Source: Proteromonas lacertae (lineage: Eukaryota). From it: 64,000 nucleotides of DNA. This document shows positions 13,826 to 27,523 of the stretch, one piece after another. The DNA is taken from NCBI GenBank assembly GCA_002245135.1, contig NGBS01001181.1, positions 1 to 64,000 of the forward strand. The letters run 5' to 3'. Position numbers and translations under genes: made by a program. Positions within the stretch are counted from its first letter, which is position 1. Each line of letters begins with the position of its first letter. The notes beneath the pieces are model-generated. The model was not told the origin of the DNA, searched no databases, and was given only the letters and a program-made list of their open reading frames with translations.

Positions 13826-15265
13826 ATGTCAGATTTTCAGTATAAGTTTATAAAACACTTGGGTAGTGGATCATATGGTAGTGTGGATTTAGTAGAATAT
13901 AAAGGTCAAGAAATAGCGCTTAAAGCACAGAAAGTAAAAGATGAAAAAGAATTAGAAATGTGCAACAATGAAGTATTAGTTTATCTTATATATTAAATAG
14001 ATTGATGTTTTGAAAAAGCTTCATAATCGTTATGTGATACATTATCTTGATTCTTTTTATTTAAAATCCAAAAAGAATATGTACATATTAATGGAATACT
14101 GCCCAAATAAGAGTTTAAGTGATTTATTGGAGTATTTTTCAGATCATCACAAATATTTATCAAATAACGGAGTAATAAAATATTTTTGTGAAATGGTAAT
14201 TGGTTTACAATATTTACATAATCATAATATACTTCATCGAGATTTAAAGCCAGATAATATCTTTATCTCAAAAGATAATGTTTGTGTATTAGCAGATTTT
14301 GGTTTAGCGAAAGAAGTAGGAAGCATCAATGCATTGAACTCAACAATAGCAGGAACTCCATTATATATGGCTCCAGAAGTATTAAACAATGAGAAATACA
14401 ATGCCAAAGCTGAGATTTGGTCATTGGGATGTATTTTACATGAATTATGTACATTACATCCTTTATACCAAGAAGCAAGATCACAATCTGCGTTAATGAA
14501 TTTACAACGTACAGATTATGATAAATTGAAGTTACAACATCCTTTACCTCAACATATAGATAGAAAAATAAGAGATATTATAAAATGGTGTTTAAATATT
14601 GATAAAGATAAAAGACCAACAATGAATGACTTATATAACCATCCTATTGTACAGAAATTTATAAATGAAAGTATTAAATATTATGATTTAATATATTTTT
14701 ATTTATATTAGCTGGAAGATCCTTATTATTTGAATATGACACTCAGCAAGATAATACTGAATTTGATAAATCTCAAAGATTAATAGAATTGTTAAATGAA
14801 TTAAATGAATCAGTCAATATAATAGAGGAGAAATCAGAATTAATAATAGAAATATTTGATGATTATAAGAATGAAAATACAATTGATAGTATATATATAT
14901 ATATATTTATGTATTATTATTATTATTATATAGAAGAAGATGAATGTAATATATTTAGATTAATTCAACTTTTATCTGCTTATATTGGCAGAACCTTATT
15001 AATGTATTATTTATATTCTTTTATTATTAGTAAACCACATTCTCAGAATCCCAAATTTCAATATTTTTGTATTGATACTTATGATAGAATGAATAAAAAT
15101 CTCAAAAAAGATTTTTTCATAAATATAATCAATTCAATTATATCATTTTTGAGTAGACATTCATTTGAAGATGAAGCTAATGCAATATATGAAGGATTGA
15201 AAAAAGAAAGAGCTATAAATGATGATATTAGAAGAAATTGGGAAATACTTTTAAGTAGTAAATGA
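13826..15265 (+). CDS. NEK-like Ser/Thr kinase with family-specific C-terminal domain (copy 1)
   Basis: GSGSYG, ALK, intron 13973-14000, HRDLKPDN, DFG, GTPLYMAPE; further short introns in the 3' part. Confidence 0.85.
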
Positions 15266-15355
15266 ATTGAAAAATATAATAATTATTTCAACATATTTTA
15301 TTTTTTTTAATTTTGGGGTATGAAAAATTATTTGTCAAACACAAAGATCTAAAAA

Positions 15356-16845
15356 ATGCAGAAATATGAATTAGGAGAATATTTGGGAGGAGGTTGTTTT
15401 GGTAAAACCTTCAAAGTAGAATATAATGGTCAAATTGCTGTAATAAAATATATACCTAAGAGAAATACAGATGATAAACAGAAAAAGGCATTTAATGATG
15501 AAGTATATTTATTCACAATACATTTAATTGGTAGAAAAACATGTTAAAATCGCTTCACTCAAGACATGTGCTTCATTTTATAGATTCTTTTGAAGAGCCA
15601 GATAACTACTGTATTATTACAGAGTATTGTCCATATAAGACTCTTGATGTTATAATGGAAGCATTAAGAAATAAGAGGAGATATCTATCGTATTTTGGTG
15701 TTTTGAAGTATTTTAATGGTATTTTAGGAGGATTAACTCATTTAAATGCGAACAATATTATACATAGAGATTTAAAACCAGATAATATCTTCATCACTCC
15801 AGAAAATGAATGTATTTTAGGTGATTTTGGATTATCAATTACAAGTCCTGTATTGCCTGATGACAAAGGAAATAAACTTTTCAGAGCTCCAGAAGTATTT
15901 GCAGAGAGAAAGTTTCATAAAAATAGTGAAGTTTGGTCAATTGGCTTAATTTTATATGAATTATCAACAAATATTCATTTAGAGTCATATATTAATGATA
16001 ATATGAGTAAATTTAAAGAAATGCATACAAACAAAGAATTCTTTAACAAATATTATCCAAATCATTTAAAACCAATTAAACAGTTAGTAGATAAATGTTT
16101 AGAAATAGATCCAGAGAAAAGAGCAACTATTGAAGAATTGAAAAGTAGTAAACTAATTGTAGAATATAGGAGAGGTATATATATATATGAATAAATTTCT
16201 TATTATTTCAATAGAAGCTGCTGATACTTTGTTTATTAATGATACAGTTGATGATGATGAAGTAGATGATTCTTTAGAAAAATATAGTCATTATAAATCA
16301 GATAAATTATTAGTTCATTCTAGAGACATTATTTCATTATTTAAAAAAGCTTCAAGAATAAATTTAAGTCGTATAAATATATATATGATTTATTAATATA
16401 ATTATTAGAACAAAATGAATGGAAAATATTTGAATTGATTAATAGTATATCAAGTAATATTGGTGGAACATTATTATAGTATTTATTAATACTCATTTAT
16501 ATCTATTTATTTAGTGACCCTCATAATGATAATCGAAAATATATTTATATTAAAAATGAAGATTATGAAGAGTATAAATATATTTTGTTCTTTATATTTG
16601 ATAGTGATTTAATTGATAATGGTAATATACTTGATGTAATGCTTGCCATTTATAGATTTCTTCTTAAGAAGAGATTTGATGATGAAGCAAAAGCTATTTA
16701 TGAAGGTATTAAAGAAGAAAGAAGTATATAATATTTTTATATTGTTATTTTTTTATTAGAAATAAAAGAAGAGTGTAAGAAAAGGATGGAAAATATTCAT
16801 GATACAATTACTAGAAAAAGAAATAATAATAAGATAGGAAAATAA
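15356..16845 (+). CDS. NEK-like Ser/Thr kinase with family-specific C-terminal domain (copy 2)
   Basis: GGGCFG, VIK, HRDLKPDN, DFG, short atypical activation segment GNKLFRAPE; spliced 3' exons end GGA AAA TAA at 16845. Confidence 0.8.
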
Positions 16846-16889
16846 CATAATTAATAGAATAAATACATATATTTAATTCAATTTCTTTG

Positions 16890-18621
16890 TTATTCTATGT
16901 GTGGACCAAATAATGACAAATCTTCACTATCTTTAGTTTTAATTTTTTCATAGTTTTCAATAAATTTCTTTGCTAATTCTATTCTTACTTTATCATATTC
17001 ATTTTTATCATTCCATGTATTTCTTGGATTTAAAATATTAGAATCAACGCCAGGAACATCTGTAGGAAATTTCAATTTAAAAACATCAAAATCTTTATAT
17101 TCTGATGTTAATATAATTCCTTTTATGATAGTATCTACACATTTTCTTGTAATATTAATACTAATTCTTTTACCACTTTCATTAGAACCACCAATCCATC
17201 CTGTATTAACTAAATAAACAGGAATGTTATATTTTTCAATCTTTTTTCTTAACAGTTTAGCATAGATTGTTGGATGTAACAATAAGAAAGAATCACCATA
17301 ACATGAAGAAAATGAAGGTTTTAATTCCTTTATTCCTCTTTCATTTACTTCTACTTTAGATGAATAGCCAGATAAGAAGTGATATATTGCTTGTTGAGGT
17401 GTTAATAATGAAACTGGTGGCAAAACACCATAGGAATCGCAAGTTAAGAAGATAATTGAAGATGGATGATTTCCAGCGCCACTCTCATCACAATTCTCCA
17501 TTCTATATAGAGGATATGACACTCTTCCATTTTCTGTTTTTACACAATTATTATAATCAACTGATGCATTAGGATTAACCCATACATTTTCTAATATTGC
17601 TCTTTCTCTTATAGCTTTATAGATTAATTGCTCTTTATCTTTATTCAAATGAAATGTCTTTGCATAACATCCTCCTTCAAGATTAAACAAACCATCATCA
17701 TCCCAACCTATTTCATCATCACCTACTAAATATCTATCTTTGTCAACAGATATTGAAGTTTTACCAGATCCACTAGCACCAATAAATAAAGTTGTCTTTC
17801 CATCTTTACCTTTACTTACTGCAGAATGTATTGTTAATACATCATTCCTTGGTAACCAATAATTCATCAGACTAAATATTGCCTTTTCCATCTCACCTCC
17901 ATATTGGATTCCAAGTATTAATCCAATTTTCTTTTCTATGTTAAATCCAACAAATGATTCTGAATTCAATCCCATTTCTCTCCATTCATCATTTGTCAAA
18001 CCTTTACTACAGTTAATAATTGTAAAATCTGGTTCAAAATCTTTTAATTCATGTTCTTCAGGTCTGATAAACATATTGGTGACATAATGATGTTGCCATG
18101 CATATTCAGTAACAAAACGAACCTTCATTGATGATTTTCTACTAGCACCACAATAACCATCAAAAACATATATATCTTCTTTTCCTTTCATATAATTCTG
18201 AACCTTTTTCATTATTCTGTCAAATATTTCTGGTTTTATTGGTTTATTAGGAGGAATTGAACTCCACCATATTTTCTCTTCGCTTGGCATTTGTTTTACT
18301 ATGTATCTATCTTGAGGTGATCTTTGTGTGTATTTTCCTGTATCTACAGCTACTGCTCCATTTCTTACTTGAATTGCTTCACTTTTTTGTAATTCGTGAT
18401 ATTTTATCTGATCTATATTTATATAAATGTGTTATTCAATACTATATTTCAAATTTCTATTCACTTTTCCCACATATATTCCAAGTTTGTCTAATCCTAA
18501 ATCTAATCCACTAGAATTGATAGTTCTTCTCCCATATTTTACAAATTTTGATCTATATTTGGTAAAATTATTCTATATACTTCAATAAAAATCTGTTTTG
18601 AGATAATCTAGAAATAAACAT
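16890..18621 (-). CDS. pckA: Phosphoenolpyruvate carboxykinase (ATP-dependent), divergent, with putative mitochondrial presequence
   Basis: Two 5' introns give MFISRLSQNRFLLKSKFVKYGRRT...TGKYTQRSPQD. Motifs: YGGEMEK, GASGSGKT, GDDE, EGGCYAK, TENGRVSYP, GVLPPVS, YLVNTGW. Confidence 0.9.
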
Positions 18622-18858
18622 TCTCAGAAATTTGAAAAATGTTCTTCATTTTTTATTTCATCATTATGTATGTATATAATATATTATTGTGTTTCATTCT
18701 GTCCAATATAGTGAATTAATCTAATTTAAATCCTCTTTATGAGAATCTAAGTAACTTTTGTTGAAAATCTGACAATTATGTATTATGTTAGTATTTCAAA
18801 TACAAACATTATATATATTTTTCATTATAACATATAACTATATTATATAACAACAATT

Positions 18859-20194
18859 TTAAGCATACTTTGCAAAATCATCTTTAAATTCCTTACTTTG
18901 TCCTATATACAATATATATATATATATATATAATACCTGTTTCAACCATCAAAGCATTAGCCATAGCAAAACATTCATCATGATAACTCTGTTTACTAAA
19001 AAACTCAAGTATTGACATAAAAATATTATGAATCATCACATTTCTTTCCCATTCATTCTTTCTATCTTCATAACTATCAATTTTTACAAATTCCACTTTA
19101 TTTGACTCGTCATATGGATCTAATAATAACTGCCTTCCTATTCTTTTACTACAGTATTGAACAATTTTAAATAGTTTTTGTTTAATCTTTTTATCTATTG
19201 ATTTTTCTTTAGAAAATGTTTCAAATAATTGTTTAATTGAATCTGCATTTACTTCTATTTGTTCTTTCTTATTAATTGATTCATAAACTACATCCAATAT
19301 CGGCTTCATATCCTTTTTCATTTTTGTATCATATGAATAATTCAACGAAACGCAATCTTGACTTATAAAATTCTGAATAATTTCTTCATTATATAATTCA
19401 TTAGCTGATAATCGATCTGCTGGATTTATCTGTAAACATTTATCTATTAAATCATACAATCTATTATCTAAATGCTTTGGTAACTTCAAGCCAAGTTCTC
19501 TAAATGGTATTTTTTGTAATTTCTTTAATTGAAGCGGTGTTTGAGCTTTTTCATACACCGCTTTAAATGTACAAATCTCGTACAATATACAACCTAATGA
19601 CCAAATATCTGCTTTTGAGTTATATTTGTTTCCTCTGAATACCTCTGGAGCCATATACATTGGACTACCTGCATATGTTCTATTAAGTGCTTCTAAATCT
19701 TCTACTTGTTTAGCAAAACCAAAATCACCCAAGATACACACATTATCTGTTGTGATGAAGATATTATCAGGTTTTAAGTCTCTGTGGAGGATGTGATGGT
19801 TATGAATATATTTTAAACCCATTAGCATTTCTGTGAAATACTTTAGAACACCTAATGTTGAAAGATAATGCTCATATTCAGACAGAGCATCCAAAACATC
19901 ACTTAATGATTTATATTCACAATACTCCATGTAAATATCGTAATATGACTTTCCCTTATCTGTTGTTGCTATTCCTTCATAAATATGAACAAGGTATCTA
20001 CAATGCAACCCTTTCAGTATATCAACCTAGTTATATATAAAAGTAAAATAACATACTTCTTTTTGTATAACCTCTAGAGGCATCTCTCTACAGATTCTTT
20101 GTCTTTTCAAAACCATCTTTTCTCCATTACATTTAATAAGGTATGCTTTACCGAATGAACCTTCGCCTACTTTTTTAATTACCTCGTATTTCAT
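18859..20194 (-). CDS. NEK-like Ser/Thr kinase with family-specific C-terminal domain (copy 3)
   Basis: MKYEVIKKVGEGSFG, VLK, intron after the alphaC Glu, HRDLKPDN, DFG, GSPMYMAPE, DIWSLG; last exon GQSKEFKDDFAKYA*. Confidence 0.85.
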
Positions 20195-20303
20195 AAAATC
20201 AAAAAAAGAGTAAAATTTGAAAATACACAGACAATACACCAATACACTAATTGAAGTGTATTTACAGAAGAAACAAAATTTAAACAATGTTAGAATACTT
20301 AAT

Positions 20304-20713
20304 TTAAGCTAAATCTACTGCTGTTGGATTTTTCGTAATTTCTATCCATAGATTTTTATCTTCATTTGATACATCTAAACAACAAAAAATGATAAAATCT
20401 TCATAATTATACCTTTTTCTTTTCGAAGTTCTTCCAAAATAGCTATTGCTTCATCATAATAGTGATGAACATAGAGAAATTTAATAATATAAGAAATTAG
20501 ATTAATTATTTTACTTTCTTCTTCCCATCCTTTACAAGATTCGTAAGTATTTAATTTTTGATATATCATCTTATGTGGTACAGCATGCGGATCACTAATA
20601 TAAATTAATAATATATTATATATATTAGAATAATACGATAATAAACATCTACCAATATAACATGAAACATATTCGATTATTTTGAATATTCTTACTTCAT
20701 TCTGATCTATATT

Positions 20714-20749
<36 letters not shown>

Positions 20750-21847
20750 TATATATACTATCTAATAATTTAACATCCATCAATTTATCAAATATTGACT
20801 ATAAAATAATAATAATAATAAATACAGTAATTAAATATGAATAAGTATTAAGTGACTCTAAATTCTTTGAGCAATAATAATCAATTCGATTAAAGTCTTC
20901 AACAATATCATCATACTCTTCAGTATCTAATTGAAATAAAAACTCACCGCAATCTACATAAGATAAATAATTAAATATATATATACCTTTGTTTATAAAA
21001 TCTTGTATAATATTTTCTTTCAATATATCATCAATAGATGGTCTATCATCAGGGTTAATTTGCAAACATTTCAATATAATATGATATAATTCAATTGGAT
21101 AAAATGATGGAATTGATTTGTTTAACGCACCAAATGGAATGCTGATTATTTCTTTTAATTTCTTATTATCATCTATTCCTTTAAATTCAAATGGATATTG
21201 AAGTGTACAAATTTCATATAATACACAACCTAAAGACCAAATATCAGCTTTCATATTATATCCCCTTGCTTTGAATATTTCTGGACACATATAGGCAGTT
21301 GTACCTTTCACTGATCTTTGAAGGTCTTCAATATTATTAACCACTTTTGATAAACCAAAATCACCTAAAATACATACATTGTCATTTGTAACGAAGATAT
21401 TTCCTGGTTTTAAATCTCTATGAAGTATGTTATGACTATGAAGATATTTAACACCCATTACTATATCTGTGAAATACTTCAGAACACCTTCTGTTGAGAG
21501 ATAGCGCTTTCTTTTCTGTAATTCATTCAAGATCTGCCTTAATGTTTGATACTTACAATATTCCATAAGAATGCAATAGTATTTGCCTTCATCTCTTTCT
21601 TCAATGAATTTTGATTTGAAATGTGTTAAATATCTACAATGAGCTTTCATTAATATATCAGCCTAACATAATATAACATATAACATTATACTTCATTTTC
21701 ACAATCTTCATATGAACAACTCCTTTTGCCTGTCCCTAATCTTATTCTTTTAAGAACAACTTCTTCTCCTTGGTATTCCACTAATTCAGCACAACCAAAG
21801 CCACCAAGTCCTAAATGTTTCTTATGTTTATATGTTGGATTTGACAT
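20304..21847 (-). CDS. NEK-like Ser/Thr kinase with family-specific C-terminal domain (copy 4)
   Basis: GLGGFG, VLK, intron after the alphaC Glu, HRDLKPGN, DFG, GTTAYMCPE, DIWSLG; last exon ends TAVDLA*. Confidence 0.85.
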
Positions 21848-22019
21848 TTTAAAGTGTCAAGCTTGAAGATGAGAATCAAACCTATACCAATTTTTTCTAC
21901 ATATTTTAACAAACCTCAATTACTAATACTAATATATTTAATTCTATTCTCTTTATTAGAGCATATCAAAACAAAAATTACTCAAAAAATCAAACTATTA
22001 CTCATAATTAATTTAAATG

Positions 22020-25000
22020 CTATTTATCTTCACTCACAACAGAAGTTGTTGGTCTATTTATCCTTCCTTCTTTTCTTTCATTCATACTAGTATTATTATC
22101 AATAAAAATAACATTTTCTTCACCTAAATACACATTCTTAGCTTCTCTTTCAACTATCTCATTATCATTAGTAAATAAAATTGTTTGACAAAAATCATCT
22201 GGTTCTCTCCATTACCAGTGGCTTCTTCATAAGATGGAGCTTCTTTCAATATTCCTCTATATATCAGCATATCATCTAATAGAATTTGAAATTCTCTAAC
22301 TCCTCTATTGGGAGTTTTACTATAATTCCATATTTTGATATAACTTAAAGTTATAGGTTCATCAAAATAAATCACAATCATATTGTCTTCATTGTTTAGA
22401 TGATATGGACTAAGCCACATATGATGGTCATTATATGTATTATTAACATAATCATATAATTTATCAATTGTTCTATCATCATGAGCATTTTCTATTAGTT
22501 AAATAAACAATATATATATATATATACTATTTTCTTCTAATATATTAATATCTCTTGGTCTTGCTTCAATATTATCACTATTTATCTCTAATAACTCATT
22601 ATTATCATCATATAACTCAATTCCATTCAAACCAATATAAAATGGATCACCCCATGTTGAGAATAATATGAATTTAAATATATAACCTCTTGGATTGACT
22701 AATGTCTCATATTGTTGATTAAATGTAACGGTACTTTGTTCAGTAATATTTGGTTGAGTTGTATTCATTAATTCACTTTCAGATGGTTCACTTAAAAGGA
22801 AATCTGTTAATTCTAATGGATTATTCTCATCAATAGTTGGAAGAAGAGAAGTGCCTGTATTAAAGAGACTATCATTTCTTTCTATACAAAATAATAATAA
22901 AATATATATTTATACGGATAGTAACTGATGAAGATTGATTCAATTTCAATGGAATTAATTGTCCATAATCAAAACTATTATTTCCTGGTGCTTTTCTCAA
23001 TATATAACCATCAGGAGGAGTAACAATCTCTTTATCAATAAACACTTTAATATTTCTCACACCTTTATAAGAATCTTCTTCATTGGCATTATAATTATAA
23101 ATCAATAAACCTTTAATAGGTTGTGGTTTTAATAATTTAATATGAAACATATAGGAATAAGGTACATAATATGAATTGCAAGGTATTAACCACATTTGAT
23201 CACTATCACAGGTAATATCAATATCATTCACTAACGCTTCACAATTCACTTTCTCACCATTTGGACTTTGGAAATATATTTGTCTTGGTGATAATTTCAT
23301 AGGTTCACAGTTCTTATTTAATATTTTAATACTTGTCAATCCTATTTCACTAATATCACCATAATTACCACCTAATTGAATAGTAACAAATTGACCATCA
23401 ATTGCTGGATTACTTTTGATTGTATTTGCTGTTTTTGGTCTGAATTTTTGTGTTGAATTTCTTGAATTAGGTGGAGTAAAACCTGGATTAGTAGAATTAT
23501 TAGTAGTGGAAGTATTTGGCGTTGTTGTAGAATTCACAAGTGGGCTTCGATCTAATCCTGTCTTTGGTCTTCCATCTCTACAAGTACCTCTATTGCTTAA
23601 TTCATCATCACATTTACTACGAGCTGTTCTTGGTCTATCAACAGTATTACACATCCACTATAATATATAATAAATAAATATATACTAATGGTTGTGATTC
23701 TTCAGTGTTAATCTGCTTAGCAATAACATCATATCTTTCAATTAATTTCAATATATTATCATCAATTGTAAATAATATACATTCACTACAACTTTCTATA
23801 CCTAATGCAGCACCTGGTGCTTTCTTTATTTCTCCTTTAAATATATATTTATTATCCAATGTAATCTCCATATATCTTACACCTCTACAACTGTGTATTC
23901 TACCTGTATTGTAATTCCATATTCTTATCATCGAGAAGGTCATTGGAGTAAGGAAATCAATAGTTAAAGTATGATCATTTCCCTATATAAATATATATTT
24001 AATTCATTCTTATTATAATACTGGTGTATAAGGAATAAGCCATGAATGTAATGGATCTCTTGTATGATTTATACCATCAAACAACTTATCAATTGTTCTT
24101 GGATCATCATCATAATCAGTTAAAATATTAATATCAGGTGGATTTGCTACAACTTGTTCATATACATCTATATTATATATATAATATAATAAATAATGAT
24201 AATTAATACTATTTACTGATACCATATGACCATATTTATCAAAGAAATCAATTCCCATTAGTCCTAAGTAATATGGATCACCCCAGGTTGAGTATAAGTG
24301 GAATACCATTTTCTGTCCTTTTGGTAATGTAGGAATATTGAATCTTTCACTCTTTTGAGTGATTACTCCATGTTCAGTCTATTAAATATATATAATTAGT
24401 AATATTATACATCAATTATATCATTTACTATAAAATCATCATCTCCATTTTCATTCATATTATTCATCATTATATTTGTACCAGACATTTTCATTTCATT
24501 ATCATCATAATTTACGAAATTTACATAATTTTCACCTTCTGTTGTGTTTACAGAGGATACTACTTGCTTGTCACCTAAGGCTCTTCCTTTATTGGTTCTT
24601 TCGTTGTGTTTTAAATTATCCCAACTTTCTTCTAGTGATATTGGCTAAAATATATGAAATTTAATGATTATACTCTAGGTTTTCTTGGCTTCTTCATTGT
24701 AGATGATGCTGTAGAAGGCACAGAAGAGGTAATAGATCCAGTAGAACCATCGCTTCTAGAAAAATAAACGAATCTATTTATACGATTTATGTCTCTCCAA
24801 TATAAAAGGAGCATGTGGTCTAATTTCATCGTTACTTCTCATCTTATATGCTCCAGTGTCATTAAAAGTCAAAATCTGCGTAGAAGCAGATCCGACATTA
24901 GGATTTCTTGGTTTTAATCTAGGCAATTTTGGTTTAGAATCTAGAAGAAATAAAAAAGACTATACGAGGAATTAACATCCAATCTGGTACAGATGAAGGT

Positions 25001-25080
25001 CTAATTACAGGATCATCGTCATCATCCTTCTCTCGAGTAAACTGCTCCATTAGTTTATCTAAAGTATCAAGTGGTTCCAT
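22020..25080 (-). CDS. KATNIP: Katanin-interacting protein (KIAA0556/DUF4457 family), multi-exon; one apparent 1-nt frameshift near 22205
   Basis: Repeated modules [60 protein letters not shown] and RKAPG. After the frame change it continues [11 protein letters not shown]...RPTTS. Confidence 0.8.
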
Positions 25081-25196
25081 TTTATTAAATAAAACAGAAA
25101 AAAGACAAAGGAATACTCAAACTAATATTTGTGTATTAAGTGTACAAAAAACAAAACATCAAAGAAATCATAGAACTTATCATCAAAACATTAAAT

Positions 25197-26641
25197 TTAA
25201 CATTTATAACTCTCATCTTGTGGTAATTGCTCTAATAAATTAAACTCCATACCTTCTGTATCAATTGTACCATAAGAAAAGTGAATTCCAACCATACTAC
25301 ATCCAGCATTCCTCATCAACTGTTCTACTTCTTTCACAGCATCAGCATTTTTGGTGATACAATTAACAAAACCACCTCCACCAGCTCCACATATTCCAAC
25401 TCCATAACAAGCTGGTTCGATAGCTTTCATTATCTTCTCAACAAATGGAGGATTGCCATGAGATAATATAATCTTATTTTTAGCATGAATGCTCAATACT
25501 TTACCAAGTAATGGTAAATCACCAGTTTCAATTGCTTTCCTACCAACTTGAACATACTCCATCATCTCCCTACAAGCATCCATTATATATGGACTACTAC
25601 CATACCATTCTCTTATTACATTTTGAACTAAATTTCTAGCTAATCTTGCATGACCAGAGTATATGAATAATAAATGATGATTCAATGTCTCTACTAATGA
25701 TTTATGAGGTGTAACAGGATGAACCGTTAATTCAATAGGTAATTTGTTATCACATGCAGTTATAGCAAAACCAGGATATATACCAGCTTGATCTGCCCAA
25801 CCTCCACCACTAGTTAATAACTGTTCAATAGCTAATACAGTATACATCATAAAATGCCATGAACATCGAATACTACATACTTTACATAATGATGATACTA
25901 AACAAGCAGCTAATATACTACTTCCACCTAAACCACATCCTTTGGGTAATACACTTGTCATTGCTATTTCTAAACCACCACCAATTTTTTCCATTAACTG
26001 CTCTTGTAATGTCTTTGGTATTGACAAATCTACAATCTTTAAAGCCAATAATGCACTCTTGATTAAAGCACCTGGTGCAGCTGGTTGACAATAATCCTTC
26101 ATATCATCTAAACTATTAATATCAACTTGTCCTCTATGACTACCTGGTAAAGGAACTAATGAGATTCTTAAGTCCTGAATTCTTCTAACATAAGCTCTAA
26201 GAGGTCTTTTCCCATCTAATAATATTGCTGTTTCTAATACTATGGCTAAATGAGGTAATTCATAGGTAATAGGAGGTAAATCTAACCATCCACCCATTAA
26301 GTTCAATCTAGCAGCTGATCGATGTTCTACCCATAACCCGATCTTCACTTTTTCATTGAAATTATCTTCAAGAATTGAACGAGGTGTTTGTAATACACAT
26401 TGACTGATAAGAATCTATTTTATAATAATAATAATAATAACATTTATACTTGACATAATCCAATATAATGTCTAGCAGCTCTAATAACGAATTCAGGATG
26501 TTTCAACCATTGTGTTCTCAATACAGACATCTCTTCAGTTGCTTCTTTCACTTTATGTTGTTGTAATAACAAGTGAGGATGAGACCAAACGGAATTATTA
26601 CCTGGACCAGATCTGATACGTTGGCTAAAACATTATAATAT

Positions 26642-26677
<36 letters not shown>

Positions 26678-27485
26678 TTCAGACACTGAAGCAACTAATA
26701 AATCAGATATCCATGAGAAACATCTTGCAGTAATATCAATGCTACTGTTCTTAGCAATCTCATCAATTTCCTTCAAGTATAAATCCAACTGTTTACTATC
26801 ATGAGCTATATATTCAAATATATTCTTCACTTGTTTATGTTTCTTATTGACTAATATATCTCTTGTTATCTTTCTACCTACTTCACAATATAAATCCCAC
26901 TTCCATTGGAATGCATCATTTGGTACTCCCATCTCCATTATATCTTCAATAGAATACTTCTTCGCTGATTTCCATAAGAAGTAAGTAGATGGTGAAACAA
27001 TAGTATAATCCTGTAACCATAATATGATATTTAAAGCCATTGGAGAACTAATAAATGGATATAACTTTGCATTAAACAAACATCTTTTATCTTCATCTTC
27101 AACATGTGGCCAAATATCATCAGCTGTAATATTCACTGCTTTAAAGAACAATTCCCAAGGTTTATTCATAAATGTCGAGTTTGGCTTGTTGTATGGTATT
27201 AATGGTTGATCATCGATACTTAGTAAGAACACTAATGAATTTACTTTATTGTTATTATCTTCTTCAGTATATTGTACTTCTTGAATACACATATTATCCT
27301 TGAGATAGATAATATCAAATGATTTAATGGATGAGATAATACAATTATTACCTACTTCTAACCGACCACCTTCTATCTTAGTATCTTCAATTAGATTTCC
27401 ATTACCTATCTTTCCTTTAACATCTATAATAGAATTGAATATGATGTTTTGATCTTCATTTTCAAGGTTTGTTATACTATTTTAT

Positions 27486-27523
<38 letters not shown>

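Noticed and set aside
14889..14933. IYIYIY-type tails in the ORF track read as protein motifs
   Set aside because: They are translations of TA-rich introns read through by the ORF finder.
22204..22217. 11-nt micro-intron (gtaatggagag) repairing the KATNIP frame
   Set aside because: Far shorter than any other intron here, purine-rich and with a GAG acceptor; a missing A explains it.
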